Assembly (NCBI GenBank): GCA_950097015.1
Contig: CATNEN010000001.1
Coordinates: forward strand, 24,676,001-24,740,000
Length of the DNA stretch: 64,000 bases
From: Macrostomum hystrix
Lineage: Eukaryota > Animalia > Platyhelminthes
Direction: 5' to 3'
The position numbers and the translations under genes were made by a program. Under the pieces are notes generated by a model. It was not told the DNA's origin. It ran no database searches and saw only the letters and a program-made list of their open reading frames with translations. Positions 10,383 through 22,600 of the stretch are shown piece by piece. Numbering within the stretch: position 1 is the stretch's first letter; each line of letters opens with the position of its first letter.

Positions 10383-10997
10383 ATTGTGTCTAGTTTCGTT
10401 TGGGCCACAAACGATTGCGTCGACGGAAAGTGTGAAATAGGAAGTGAGCATTTGAACTACCCCCCGTGGTCTTCAGCTGATATCTCAATTCCGTTTTCAA
10501 TTCGCGTTTTTCGCTCCAAACGTTTAGTCTATGGCCATGATTTGGCTTGCGCCATGTGGAAAACGCCTATGACACAAGTCCCTAGAATCACTTAGTGAAC
10601 AATTCCCGTCTGGAAAGTTGTGTCCTATAGCCGTTTTGAATTGGCTTTTGGACGAAAATAGACACAATTCCACTATCGAGAGGTCACGCTTCACACATAA
10701 CTGCCTTGTGTGAAGGTTGTGTCCTAGAATTGTACGTTTCACTGGTTTTTGTAGCCCAAACGAAACTAGACACAATGTATGATTATCGAGAGGTCACGCT
10801 TCACACAACTGCCTTACCGAACGGAAGTGGCCAGCCGTTTTGAATTGGCTTTTGGACGAAAATAGACACAATTCCACTATCGAGAGGTCACGCTTTGCCT
10901 TACCGAACGGTGATTCGGGTTTGGGTGAAGTAATATTTGGGTGATTCGCTTTGGAATTCAATTCCATTCACCTCTCGATAGTGGAATTGTGTCTATT
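10383..10997. mobile_element. Foldback/MITE-like cluster of nested inverted and direct repeats
   Basis: ATTGTGTCTAGTTTCGTTTGGGC (~10383) is inverted at ~10753-10775. GAAAATAGACACAATTCCACTATCGAGAGGT is direct at ~10654 and ~10858 and inverted at ~10970-10998. Confidence 0.6.
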
Positions 10998-11645
10998 TCC
11001 CTGCCGCGCATATCTTTGAAGTACGTAAAATCATAAAATCATACTTCATCAACGTAGCAACCCGCCGCATCACGCTATTAAAAGAAAACTTGAAAAGCAC
11101 TGCAGGGAAAGTTTTAATGCTTGTGTACCTTGGGATTACGGTGACTAGCCGCGCCTTGCACAGCTCTGCAAGGCGGAACAATGACTCATTGAGTCCTCAT
11201 CGATTAGAGACTTTCTTTTAATTGCTTCCCAGCCCCGTGCAGTGAGCCTCTCAATGAGCGCTCTGGTCAGGATCTTGTCTTCTCGTTCCATGCAATCGAT
11301 TTCCATGCCGCCTGTTCACCCCGAATGACACAGCGATCAACGCAAAATGCTGCGCGCCAGTCAATCATCCTGACCCAACTCGGCCGATGGACGGTGAAGC
11401 AATAAATCCATCAGCTTACACCGGTGCCCATAATTGGTAGGAAAAACTCTAGCTCTGGCTTCGCATTGGGGGCAGCCATGTATTGGACAATCTCAATCTT
11501 CACCAATGTCTCCGTCCGGCTTGTCATTGAAAGCGCGAATAGAAATATGCCATAGCAATTCAGGTGCTGTTAAAGAAAGGTTTCGTCTCCAAAGATTTCC
11601 CTTATGCAAGCTGAAATTTGCTGTTTTCGGTGCTACTGCGATGCA

Positions 11646-12545
11646 ATGAGATATCAGAGAAATAATCCCACCAGGTGCATAACATTGTGTCTACTGCTGC
11701 TGCTGATACTGGCTGTGCGCGCAACAAAGTTCAAGCTGACGATGCCATCAACACTTCGTTGCCAAAGTTTCCGCTGCCATGGAGCCGCTTCCTGCTCGAA
11801 TGTCAGCCTTGCCGATGCCAGTGGAGACAGGATTGAAGTCGTGTGCCGGTCTGGCTGCTGGGCGCGCGCCTTCTTCGCCAGCTCGGTCCCGTCATCCAAC
11901 CTGAAGCCGAATGCCGACAACCGCAGTAGACTTTTGACCTTGGATCTGTTCTGCGCCGATGAGACTCTGGGCATTCTTCCAGGTCCAAGGCCTTTAGAAA
12001 ATCGTCGGCGCATCGCCGACTTTGCGCTAGCCATTCCTGATACAGACGGTCAAGAGGTGTGCACCGATGTCAGCGGTGAGGGTAGTCGGCGTCACTGCGG
12101 CAGCATCGGAGCATCGCTGAGCCAAATGTGCGTCAACTATAGTCTGTGGGTGAGTGGAGTGAAGAATGCGGCTGGCTGGGTGCCCTGTGTCTATGACCCA
12201 CTGGGGCTGGCGTACCTGGTTGACACGCGAGGCCTGGCACAATACCGCATGGTGGAGGTGGCCTGCAACGACGGTGACTTCTGCGCTAACTCCGCTCTGC
12301 GACAGGAGCTACTCGTGGTGGAGCCACTGAAGCAGCCGGCGGCAGTGTCCTCGGATTACAGGCAAAAAGCGTTTCTGCTTTTGATCTTCCTGTTTGCCAG
12401 CGCTTCGGTCATTGCGGCATTTTCAGCAGTGGTTCTACGAGCCATCAGGCGAGCTAATAATTTAAGACGATGGCGCAGTGAGGTTCGTCAAGTGAAGCTA
12501 GGCCTGCTGGATCGTCAGCAACCTGCTGGGGCAGATGTAGCATGA
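11646..12545 (+). CDS. Single-exon type I membrane protein with Cys-rich ectodomain (Ly6/three-finger or TGF-beta-receptor-ectodomain-like, tentative)
   Basis: Signal peptide (CITLCLLLLLILAVRA), ~12 ectodomain Cys ending in CNDGDFCAN, a TM helix (FLLLIFLFASASVIAAFSAVVL), a basic stop-transfer segment and a short tail. ATG 11646 is preferred over 11604. Confidence 0.75.
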   Translation: MRYQRNNPTRCITLCLLLLLILAVRATKFKLTMPSTLRCQSFRCHGAASCSNVSLADASGDRIEVVCRSGCWARAFFASSVPSSNLKPNADNRSRLLTLDLFCADETLGILPGPRPLENRRRIADFALAIPDTDGQEVCTDVSGEGSRRHCGSIGASLSQMCVNYSLWVSGVKNAAGWVPCVYDPLGLAYLVDTRGLAQYRMVEVACNDGDFCANSALRQELLVVEPLKQPAAVSSDYRQKAFLLLIFLFASASVIAAFSAVVLRAIRRANNLRRWRSEVRQVKLGLLDRQQPAGADVA

Positions 12546-13032
12546 ATGTTTCGGCTGATCCTCCAAATTAATTTAACAGTTCATATACCAACGACAAGAC
12601 GATTAACTTACTTACAGACAAGACTTATGTATTTTGGTATGTATTAGGTATTTAGGTATGTATTATGTGTCAAGTGTATTGTGTTACATTATAAACTCTA
12701 TGCTGTATATATATATATATTATATCTATTACCTAAAGCCAAGCAAGCCTAGATACCCAGTACAAATGAGCTTTGTGATAATTATACAAAGGTATTATAA
12801 ATGTGGAAGATCCCTTTTAAATTCAAAGTCTCTTTCTGTATCAAAATAACGCATGCATACGTGTGAAATCATTTCGAAAGGGGGCCTTCACGAGCGTCCT
12901 TCTCTCCTTAATTTTACAGTTTTAGTGGTCATTATTATAGAATATTCGCCTTTCACTAAATTTATCGTTCCACTCAATGCTGGGTGAGCAACAGGTGAAC
13001 AACAAAACTGTTTATAGTCTGCATGTTTTATT

Positions 13033-13869
13033 TCATTTTGTGCTTCCTGTACCAAAAGTGCATCGCGTAGTTAGTTCTTCTTGCAGCATCAGCGAGTGCT
13101 CGACAAAGCCGGAGTCATCGAATGACTGGTAGGCCACGTGCCACAGGGCGAGCAGCGTGAAGGTCGGAGCCGACAGAAACCGTTGCACCGTTGCACAGGT
13201 TCTGGTGCTCACGTATCAGGACTGGTTGGTTGTAAACCGACTTTGGCACGTCTCTGTGAGCCATCAGCACTTTGCTGTGCCACACTCCGGATCGAGTGAG
13301 GTTCTGCTTCAGCAGCTCCCAGTTCTCGCACTTCGGCTCCCTGCTGTACCACAGGATCAGGCCTCAGAACCTACACACCACTCAAATACACAACTCTCAC
13401 GCAAGATCAAGGTGGTTGTGAGAAGTGTGATGTAGAGATGATACACGAAAGCGGACGGGTGAACAGGCGTGGCCTGGGACTCTCGCCAGGTAGCATTCTG
13501 ATTGGCTTGGTGCCCTGTAAGGTCAGGCAGGTAGATCTGTGGTGGTTGCGCTGGCCCACCTAGCACCAGACCACCGAGATAGGTGAACCGCTGGCAGCGT
13601 GCGTGCATGTTCGTCTGCCCGTCTGCGCCGCGGCATATCAGCTCGTCTGGAATGTCGCAGGCACAGTCAGCACCAAAGAGAGGTCGCGGTTTGGGCCGAG
13701 GTATCTGAGTCGTCCTGAGTAAAGGCGGGGCAGTCGCAGATGAAATGCTCAGCATTCTCCCTCCAAATTTCGCCCTCCCGGCGAGCGAGTGAGCGGTGAT
13801 CGTGACAGATAAAATGAGGAGCACGAGAAACTTGAGTAGTAAATTCCTGAGTCGGCGAAGTCCATGCAT
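13033..13869 (-). pseudogene. Frameshifted gene for a secreted/type II membrane protein of unknown family
   Basis: N-terminal hydrophobic segment. Coding-like text moves between frames: ...YHLYITLLTTTLIL / LILWYSREPKCENWELLKQNLTRSGVWHSKVLMAHRDVPKSVYNQPVLIREHQNL / VQRFLSAPTFTLLALWHVAYQSFDDSGFVEHSLMLQEE...K*. AATAAA follows the final stop. Confidence 0.6.
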
Positions 13870-14109
13870 GCAGCAGTGTAACGATCGCAGGTTTACTACT
13901 TCAAGTAGTCGAATGGTTTAATTGTATGCATACTACTATTTATAATTTCTATGCGCACGCAATAACAGGTGCATATATTTTTTCTTCGAGAAATCCTGCA
14001 AAAAACGATTGTATATTTTCAGCAGGTCGCCATGACGCCGAAGAAGACGCTGCCCGTCTCTGGTCTCCGTTAGCTTTTCCGCCGAGACTGTGTGCCCCTA
14101 CGCGAACTC

Positions 14110-15570
14110 GAGAGTTAAAGACACTCATGGAGAGTTGTAGACACTCATGGAGAGTTGTAGACACTCATGGAGAGTTGAAGACACTCATGGAGAGTTGAAG
14201 ACACTCATGGAGAGTTGAAGACACTCATGGAGAGTTGTAGACACTCATTGAGAGTTGAAGACACTCATGGAGAGTTGATGACACTCATGGAGAGTTGAAG
14301 ACACTCATGGAGAGTTGATGACACTCATGGAGAGTTGAAGACACTCATTGAGAGTTGAAGACACTCATGGAGAGTTGAAGAAACTCATTGAGAGTTGAAG
14401 ACACTCATGGAGAGTTGATGACACTCATAGAGAGTTGAAGACACTCATGGAGAGTTGAAGACACTCATGGAGAGTTGAAGACCCTCATGGAGAGTTGATG
14501 ACACTCATAGAGAGTTGAAGACACTCATGGAGAGTTGAAGACACTCATGGAGAGTTGAAGACACTCATTGAGAGTTGAAGACACTCATGGAGAGTTGTAG
14601 ACACTCATGGAGAGTTCAAGACACTCATGGAGAGTTGAAGACACTCATTGAGAGTTGAAGACACTCATGGAGAGTTGATGACACTCATGGAGAGTTGATG
14701 ACACTCATGGAGAGTTGTAGACACTCATGGAGAGTTGAAGACACTCATGGAGAGTTGAAGACACTCATGGAGAGTTGAAGACACTCATTGAGAGTTAAAG
14801 ACACTCATGGAGAGTTGAAGACACTCATGGAGAGTTGAAGACACCCTTGGAGAGTTGAAGACACTCATAGAGAGTTGACGACACTCATAGAGAGTTGAAG
14901 ACACTCATAGAGAGTTGAAGACACTCATAGAGAGTTGACGACACTCATAGAGAGTTGAAGACACTCATGGAGAGTTGAAGACACTCATGGAGAGTTGACG
15001 ACACTCATAGAGAGTTGACGACACTCATAGAGAGTTGAAGACACTCATAGAGAGTTGAAGACACTCATAGAGAGTTGAAGACACTCATAGAGAGTTGAAG
15101 ACACTCATAGAGAGTTGAAGACACTCATGGAGAGTTGAAGACACTCATAGAGAGTTGAAGACACTCATAGAGAGTAGAAGACACTCATGGAGAGTTGAAG
15201 ACACTCATAGAGAGTTGAAGACACTCATAGAGAGTTGAAGACACTCATAGAGAGTTGACGACACTCATAGAGAGTTGAAGACACTCATTGAGAGTTGAAG
15301 ACACTCATAGAGAGTTGAAGACACTCATTGAGAGTTGAAGACACTCATGGAGAGTTGAAGACACTCATTGAGAGTTGAAGACACTCATGGAGAGTTGAAG
15401 ACACTCATAGAGAGTTGAAGACACTCATTGAGAGTTGAAGACACTCATGGAGAGTTGAAGACACTCATGGAGAGTTGAAGACACTCATGGAGAGTTGAAG
15501 ACACTCATTGAGAGTTGAAGACACTCATGGAGAGTTGAAGACACTCATTGAGAGTTGAAGACACTCATGG
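14110..15570. repeat. 20-bp satellite (GAGAGTTGAAGACACTCATG), ~73 units
   Basis: Direct inspection. Confidence 0.97.
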
Positions 15571-15939
15571 CGCCTCATATAAAATATGAGTCAGAAAAGG
15601 AAATGTCGGCTTTGCTGCAACAAAATTGCGCGACCAGATGAGCTCAGCAATGAGCTCAGTTTCATTAGGTTAATCTTTTTTATGAGACTCACTGGGTCGT
15701 AGATATAGCAGATTAAGGGCAGCTGGCTTTGAAATATTCATAGCTACTATAAATATACTACTATTTGGGAAGACCTTTCTCCCATGGTCTTTGGGAAGAC
15801 CTTGCCTTGACCTTTCTCTTGCTCTCCTATATGGGACTCGAAGGATTCTGGAATATCTGATTTGGGAATAATAAGGAAAATTTAAACCAGCAATAATTCC
15901 ACAGCTAATCCCCATAGTGAAACTACGAGTAAATGCACT

Positions 15940-16230
15940 TCAAATGACAATTTTCAGTTCGCATCAAATGACCATTTTCAGTTGGCATCAAATGACCATT
16001 TTCAGTTGGCATCAAATGACCATTTTCAGTTGGCATCAAATGACCATTTTCAGTTGGCATCAAATGACCATTTTCAGTTGGCATCAAATGACCATTTTCA
16101 GTTGGCATCAAATGACCATTTTCAGTTGGCATCAAATGACCATTTTCAGTTGGCATCAAATGACCATTTTCAGTTGGCATCAAATGACCATTTTCAGTTG
16201 GCATCAAATGACCATTTTCAGTTGGCATCA
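15940..16230. repeat. 24-bp minisatellite (CAAATGACCATTTTCAGTTGGCAT), ~12 units
   Basis: Direct inspection. Confidence 0.95.
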
Positions 16231-18196
16231 TGTGAACGTCTTCAGCTATCAGTCGCAGCTCCAAGGTTACCGGCATTTTAGACTCAGGATCTGCTGCTTG
16301 TAGTTTCCATACTTGCTACTAATGTACTGTATGCATGAATGCAGTAAGCGACAAAAAGGTGATCATTAGGCCTATCAGCTTTCTCCCACCCGCTGCTTTG
16401 CGGGATAGCAGCTAACTGGAATGAGGATTCCTCGAGCGCTGCCAGATCCCCGGCACGCTTTGCTTTAGACTTTTTTGTATCCCAATCAACCTCGCAGCTC
16501 TTTTCAAGTGCACTAAAATGTGTTTATTGGTCCCCGCGGGCGGGCTCTCCCATTACCCTCGGTCTCCACCCCAGTCCCACCGTGGGGTGTATTGATTCCC
16601 CACACTGCAGTAACCAGGCAGTGCCTCATATACCACCGACCAACCCCAGGTCGACAACAGGGCTACCCCGCCATTGCCCGCCCCATCCAGCCCACAAATG
16701 GTCCTCAGCCCACCTCATTCTCTCGCCAGTGTTCCGCACTAGCCTCGCGCATTGCTGCATTGCGGAGGGGGTGGATTTCATATTGAACACAGTTTCCCTA
16801 CCTCCCTGACTCGTGGCTTTGGCTGCAGGGGTGTGGCCTGCCTGGCCTGGGCCAAAGATATTCTCTGGGCAGCCGGACCCAAGCAGAGGTTGGGCAATTG
16901 GCGGCAATTGTGAGGAGCGCCCAGGACCGGGGAAGCCAATCCCCTAATGCAGGGAGTGCGGTCTGGGCGCTCACTGACCCCCTCACCCCAGCCTGGTGAC
17001 CACCCACCCCGCCCGCCTTCTCCCCTCTGTCTATTAACGGCGTGGGTAAAAGCTGAAGCAGCATAGAAACTCATCGGCGTAGTTTTGGACCATTATTTTC
17101 AAAGTGCCGATCCAACTGCAGCCCAGAGGTATCGCTCAACTGACGGGTTGTACTGTCGGCTGTCTTGTTGAGCCAATTCTGATCCTGTCAGTTGGACGGC
17201 TGCTTTGTCACGAAGAGACTATCGTACTAGAGCACAATTAATCCCAACACAAAGAAGGACAATCAGTAGACGTTTTTTGTTCTAAAAAAGAAGTGGCAAA
17301 AGTCAACAAATTCTACGAAAAGCAATTTCACAAAAGGCGGCGGCACAGCCTGATTGAGACCTGATCGGAACATGACCTGCTGCCGGTGACTGGAATAGAC
17401 ACTCGAATGGCATTTGAGCACAGTGAGTCATTTCTTAGAATCTCAAGTCCGCGTTGAAAAAAATCTGAAAAGTAGCATTATGGCCATAATAAACTAACAC
17501 ATTTTTCCAATTGATACATGAACAATTGGCAACAATGTCATCTCAGGTCCAGAAAGTCCAGAAGACGCATAAAAATATCCCTAAACCTGTCACTCACAGA
17601 CCCCAGTCTGAATGTGACAAAAGCCAAATTACTTTTCTCCATTTATAAGACGCAGTCACGCCATCGCGAGCGAGCCCTCGAAACAGCCCTCCCTCCCAAA
17701 TCAGATATCCAAATTAGCGCGTCTCGGGAATCAATTTGTCCCGAGGCCCTGAACCGCCGGCGGAATCTCTGGTCCAGGCGACAACGTCACCATCATCAGT
17801 GAGGCTCACGCAGTGCTTTCTCTCAGAAACTGCAGCCGGTGTCCGGCCGATCTCTCATTTCGAATTTCCTTTCTTAATTCCTAAGACATTAGATGCGCGT
17901 ATTGGGACAATGTTCCGTCTAGAGCCTCAGTATAATTCTGATAAATCCTCGGCCAAATTTTCGGAAAGGAAATTTCAATTTTCTCTTTTTTATCCTTTGA
18001 GGTCCGCCGAATGTTGGACAAAGGGTCGCATGTGGATGGTGTGTAATAAGCGCGGTTCATTATTCGAGTTACCATATGCACTTTACTCAGTTGATTTCCT
18101 GGAAACTAATCATGGCCATGTCAAAGAAAGTGTTCCAGTGATTTATTTGCTATCAAGTTGCGATGAGAATTCCACTACTAAAATAATACTAAAGTA

Positions 18197-19312
18197 CGAG
18201 GGTGTTGCAAAAGTTTCCGGACTAATGCTAATCCTGGTGACAATTCGTGCTTGATTTGGCTGAAAATTGATGTCTATGGTATTCAGCCGTAGAAAAGACT
18301 TTTCCTAAACTTTTATGCAGCTTAGTCAACCACAGCATACATGAGGGCCAAAATAGGTTGCAACCCTTTGAAGCTGTTGACACGATTTTTCACAAACCAA
18401 AAGTGAGCGAAAATGAGAACGACCGAAGAATCCATCGGAGTTCGGGTCTAAGAAAGCCAGCTTCCAACGACTGCTGAACCACCCAGCCTACAGTCCCGAT
18501 CTCGCCGTCGCCGATTTCCACCTCTTTGGCCCAATGAAGATGCAAATGCGGGGCGAGATCTTCACAACGCGCGAGGAGGTCATCGAAGCAGCCAACAAGT
18601 CTCTACGTCAGTTCGATGCCAGCTTCTAGGGGTCCGGCTTCGACAAGCTGATTCAGCGCTACCGAAAATGCATATCCGTAAATGGCGAATACATGGAGCG
18701 AGCCAGCAATCAACCTGTGGACGCATCCGGCGATAGAAGCGACAGTGAAAGTGATTGGTAGCTGTAACTCGGAAATCGGATTTCATGACGATAATAATCT
18801 AGTGTACAATCACTTATTACTTTAGACCAGGGGTAGGCAAACTTATTTGCTAGCGGGCCAAAGAGAGAACCTAAAAGACGACAGCGGGCCGCATTGATTG
18901 TAAAAATATGAGACACGGGAGAGATGAGACACGGGAGAGATGAGACACAGGAAAGATGGGACACGAGAGAGATGAGACACGGGAGAGATTAGACATGGGA
19001 GAGATTAGACACGGGAGAAATTAGATACGAGAGCGATAAGACAGAGGAGAGATTAGACACGAGAGAGATTAAACAGGACACTGTGGATGTCAGAAGGGGC
19101 GACGGGCCGGATTTGGGAGCTTCGAGGGCCGCATCTGGCCCGCGGGCCGGAGTTTGCCGACGCCTGCTTTAGACCATCAACTCAAAGCTTTCTGAAACTT
19201 TATAATATTATAAAATACAGTTGCCTGTTCGTCTGTTTAATTTTTTTGCTGTATCAAACTAAAATTATCACCATGGCGAGCATTCGTCCGGAAACTTTTG
19301 CAACACCCCTCG
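18197..19312 (+). mobile_element. Internally deleted mariner (Tc1/mariner) element
   Basis: TIRs CGAGGG(G)TGTTGCAAAAGTTTCCGGAC flanked by TA on both sides. Transposase C-terminal relic at ~18471-18700: LLNHPAYSPDLAVADFHLFGPMK...F*GSGFDKLIQRYRKCISVNGEYME, with the YSPDL motif and an internal stop. Confidence 0.92.
18828..19166. mobile_element. hAT-type MITE nested in the mariner relic
   Basis: TIRs CAGGGGTAGGCAAACT / CAGGCGTCGGCAAACT, 8-bp TSD CTTTAGAC (18820-18827, 19167-19174), subterminal GGGCCG motifs and an internal ~16-bp GAGACACGGGAGAGAT minisatellite. Confidence 0.9.
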
Positions 19313-19409
19313 TAGTAACTCGCATTGAAACTCATTTTCTACAACCTAATTTCGAGTAATCAAAGTTTGCCTGAAATAGAAAATTGCTTTCAAAATTTAA
19401 TTATGCATG

Positions 19410-19558
19410 TGTAAGATTTGCGAAAACGGTTGATTAGTATATTTGCGTGCAAGCGATATTTATGACAAAGCGAATTACGTAACCGCTTGGGGTTGTCTGA
19501 ACCGACCAACCCAAGCGGCAGGAATAAAAGTGTACAATGTACACCCACAACCTTCACA
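19410..19558 (-). repeat. 3' LTR (149 bp)
   Basis: Identical to 24150-24298. Preceded on the minus strand by the PPT GAGGGGAAAG (~19562-19571). Confidence 0.96.
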
Positions 19559-19624
19559 TCACTTTCCCCTCAGAAAGGGATAAAAATAAATAATAATAAA
19601 AGTAGATAGCAAAGCGAGTTTCTC

Positions 19625-22600
19625 TCAGCACGAGCGGAAGAAGTCAGGACGTCGTCTCTCCCTGCCCGAACGCCGAAGTGGCACTGCAGCGTCATCGGCG
19701 CAGCCCAGCAGGTCGTCCCAGACATCACGAGCATCAGTAGTTTTTGGCTGCGCGTCCGGAGGTGCTGGCGCCAGTTGACCAATGGGGCGATTGTCGCTAG
19801 CAGCTTCGACATCGTTGCCAAGGTCGGATCGTCGCTCGATGAATCGCTTTAGCCGGTCGTGATGAACGACTAAGCGACGATTTTTACGCCTTCCGGGCTG
19901 AATGGCTTGGACGCGGAAGTTGACTGGACCGATCTTCTTGACAATCTTGTACGGGCCCGACCAGCGGTTGGACAGAGACCGGCACTGACCCTTTTTCAAT
20001 ACGTGGTGGGTGAGCATCACTGTGTCACCGACTTGGAAGCCGTGCATTCTGGCCTTCCTGTTGTACTGCCTGTGCTGGGCCCGCTGCGCCTCCTGCAGGT
20101 TGGCCTTGATGCTGCTGAAGCCTCGTCTGATGCGACGTCCAAGTTCTGTGCCGTCCACTGGTGTGCCGATCGTGCCGCCGCCGTCACCGTCTGCATGGCC
20201 GAGAATCAGATCGATCGGAAGTCTCGGCTCGACTCCACGTAGCGTCTTGAAGGGCGACTGGCCGGTGGAACTGTGGACCGAGCTGTTGTATGCCCAGACC
20301 ACAAAGGGCAGCATGGTGTCCCAGCTGTTCTGGTTATCGGCGCAAAAGGCGGCTAGCATGTCTCCAAGTGTCCGATTAAAGCGCTCGACGTTCGCGTTGC
20401 CGCTCGGATGGAACGGGGACGTGCGGGTCTTCTCAGAGCCCAGTAGCTGGCAGGTGTGCTGAAACGTTTCACTTTCGAATTGTCGGCCCTGGTCTGAGTG
20501 AATAACTTCAGGCACGCCATGTCGGAGGACCACATTCGTGACCAGAGCCTCCGACACAGTCCTCGCATCAATCTGCCTAAGTGCGACAGCCTCGACCCAC
20601 TTGGAGAAGGTGTCCACGAAGCACAGAATGTACTTGCAGCCAGAATCTGTTGGAGGCAGCGGACCTTTGATGTCCAGCTGCATGATTTGCCACGGCCGAG
20701 ATGGCATGTCTGTCTTCACCAGTGGGGCCTTGGCCAGCTGACGCGGCTGTTTCCTGCGCTGGCACACTATGCAGCTGCTCACCCAGTCGCGGACGTCAGC
20801 ACGCAACTCGGGCCACCAGACGCGGCAGCGCAGTTTGTGCAGAACCTTTTTGACTCCCAGGTGACCACTGCATGGAGAGTCATGAGCCTGACGCATAAGC
20901 TCCTCCCGCCGATGCTGGGGTACCACCGGAACGTTGTTTACCTTCAGGATGCCTCTTCGATCAAGCGTCGGTTTGCATGAAAGGAGACGCTGTACCTGTT
21001 GTCGGATGTCAGTCGGTACGGAGAACTCTGGGTTTCGAATGGCTTGCCGAGTAGCTAGGAGCAACGGATCCAGCTCTTGTTCGGCGGCTGTCGTTGGCGT
21101 CGCATCGTCAGCAGACACGGCGACCGCAGCGCGGCTGAGGGCGTCGGGCACAATGTTCAGTTTGCCAGGCCGGTAGAACAGTTGGAAGGAGAATTCCTGC
21201 AGCAGCTGCAGCCAACGAGCAAGGCGACCGGTCGGTTCAGTGGTGTTGAGGAGCCCGAGGATGGGCTGGTGGTCTGTGAAGGCCTTGAAAGAAGCGGTGT
21301 TGTACAGATACATCCGGAACTGCTTAAGCGCCCAGACCAGTGCCAGCAGCTCGCGGTCGGTCGCGCTGTAGTTCCTCTCGGCCTTGTTCAGCGTTCGGGA
21401 AGCGTATGCGATGGGCAGTTCGACGCCGTCCTTCACCTGGCTGATCACAGCGCCAATGGCCGTGGCACTACTGTCGCAGCTCACTAACATCTCCCGCTCG
21501 AAGTCTGGCAGCTGAAGAACAGGAGGACTGGAGAGCGCGGCCTTGAGCTGCTGAAGCGCAATCGTGTGGTCCGCCGTCCAACGGAAGCTCGAGGCCTTCT
21601 GAGTCAGCTGATGCAGCGGATGAGCGATAGCTGCGAAGTTCGGCACAAACCGCCGATAAAAGCCTAGCATTCCGATGATGCGTCGCACATCGTCCGCAGA
21701 CTGTGGTTCTGGCATGTCAAGGATGGCCTTGACTTTCTCTAGGGCTGGAGAGACACCGCTAGCAGAGACTTCGTGGCCCAAGTAGGTAACTCGGCGAAAG
21801 GCAAAGAAACTTTTGCCCGGGTTCAGTTTGAGGTTAGCTGACCTCAGCCTGTTCAGCACCTTCCGTAGGGAAGCCAGGTGTTCACTGAAGCTCTTGTTAA
21901 AGATGATTATGTCGTCGATGTAGGCGATCACTTCCTCCCAGGTGAGGCCAGACATTATGAGCTCCATCATTCGCTGGTAGGTTGCGGGAGCATTGCACAT
22001 TCCGAATCCCATTTTCCGGAACTGCATCAGGCCACTAGGTGTGTAGAAAGCCGTCTTTGGTCGATCCTCCTCTTTCAGCTCTACCTGCAGGAAGCCCTGG
22101 CGCAGATCGATTGTTGAAAACCACGAGCAGCCGGCCAAGGCGTCCAGAGCTTGATGTAGATGTGGAAGCGGATGCGCATCTTTTACCGTGAGGTCATTGA
22201 GCGCGCGCCAGTCAACGCAGATGCGGATATCGTTGTTCTTTTTCTTAGCGACGATGAGGTTGCTGGCCCAAGGGCTGGTTGAGGGCTCAATAACCCCATT
22301 CTGCTGCATCAGCCTCAGCTTCTCTTCGACCGGCTTCCGTAGCTGCAGCGCAAGACGCCTAGGTCGCTGTCGCACAGGACGTGCCGATTCATTCAGCTGG
22401 ATCTGGTGCTGCATTCCGACTGCCGAGCCGAGGTCGAACTCATGCTGGGATACCGTGTCCATGTAGTCCTTCAGCAGGTCAGTCAACTGCACCTTCTCGC
22501 TGCATGCTAGACTAGGGTTGATGTTGAAAACTTGGTCACCAGGCTCCCAGCTGTGAAGCTCGCCGTTCTCTTCGACTGCCTCAGCGCCCTCGAATGTCCC

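Noticed and set aside
13033-13359. Four in-frame TGA codons with no TAA/TAG after ORF 13357..13869, suggesting a multi-selenocysteine protein or TGA recoding
   Set aside because: The TGAs come from CTG-A (Leu codons) of a shifted frame that reads as much better protein (LILWYSREPKCENWELLKQ...). A frameshift explains them, and no SECIS was identified.
14110-16230. Regular arrays as CRISPR arrays (also all other arrays)
   Set aside because: They are head-to-tail tandem units without unique spacers, there are no cas genes, and the context is eukaryotic.
17736-18254. 172-aa ORF as a gene
   Set aside because: Non-ATG start, runs into the mariner TIR, and has no domain signature or clear splice structure.
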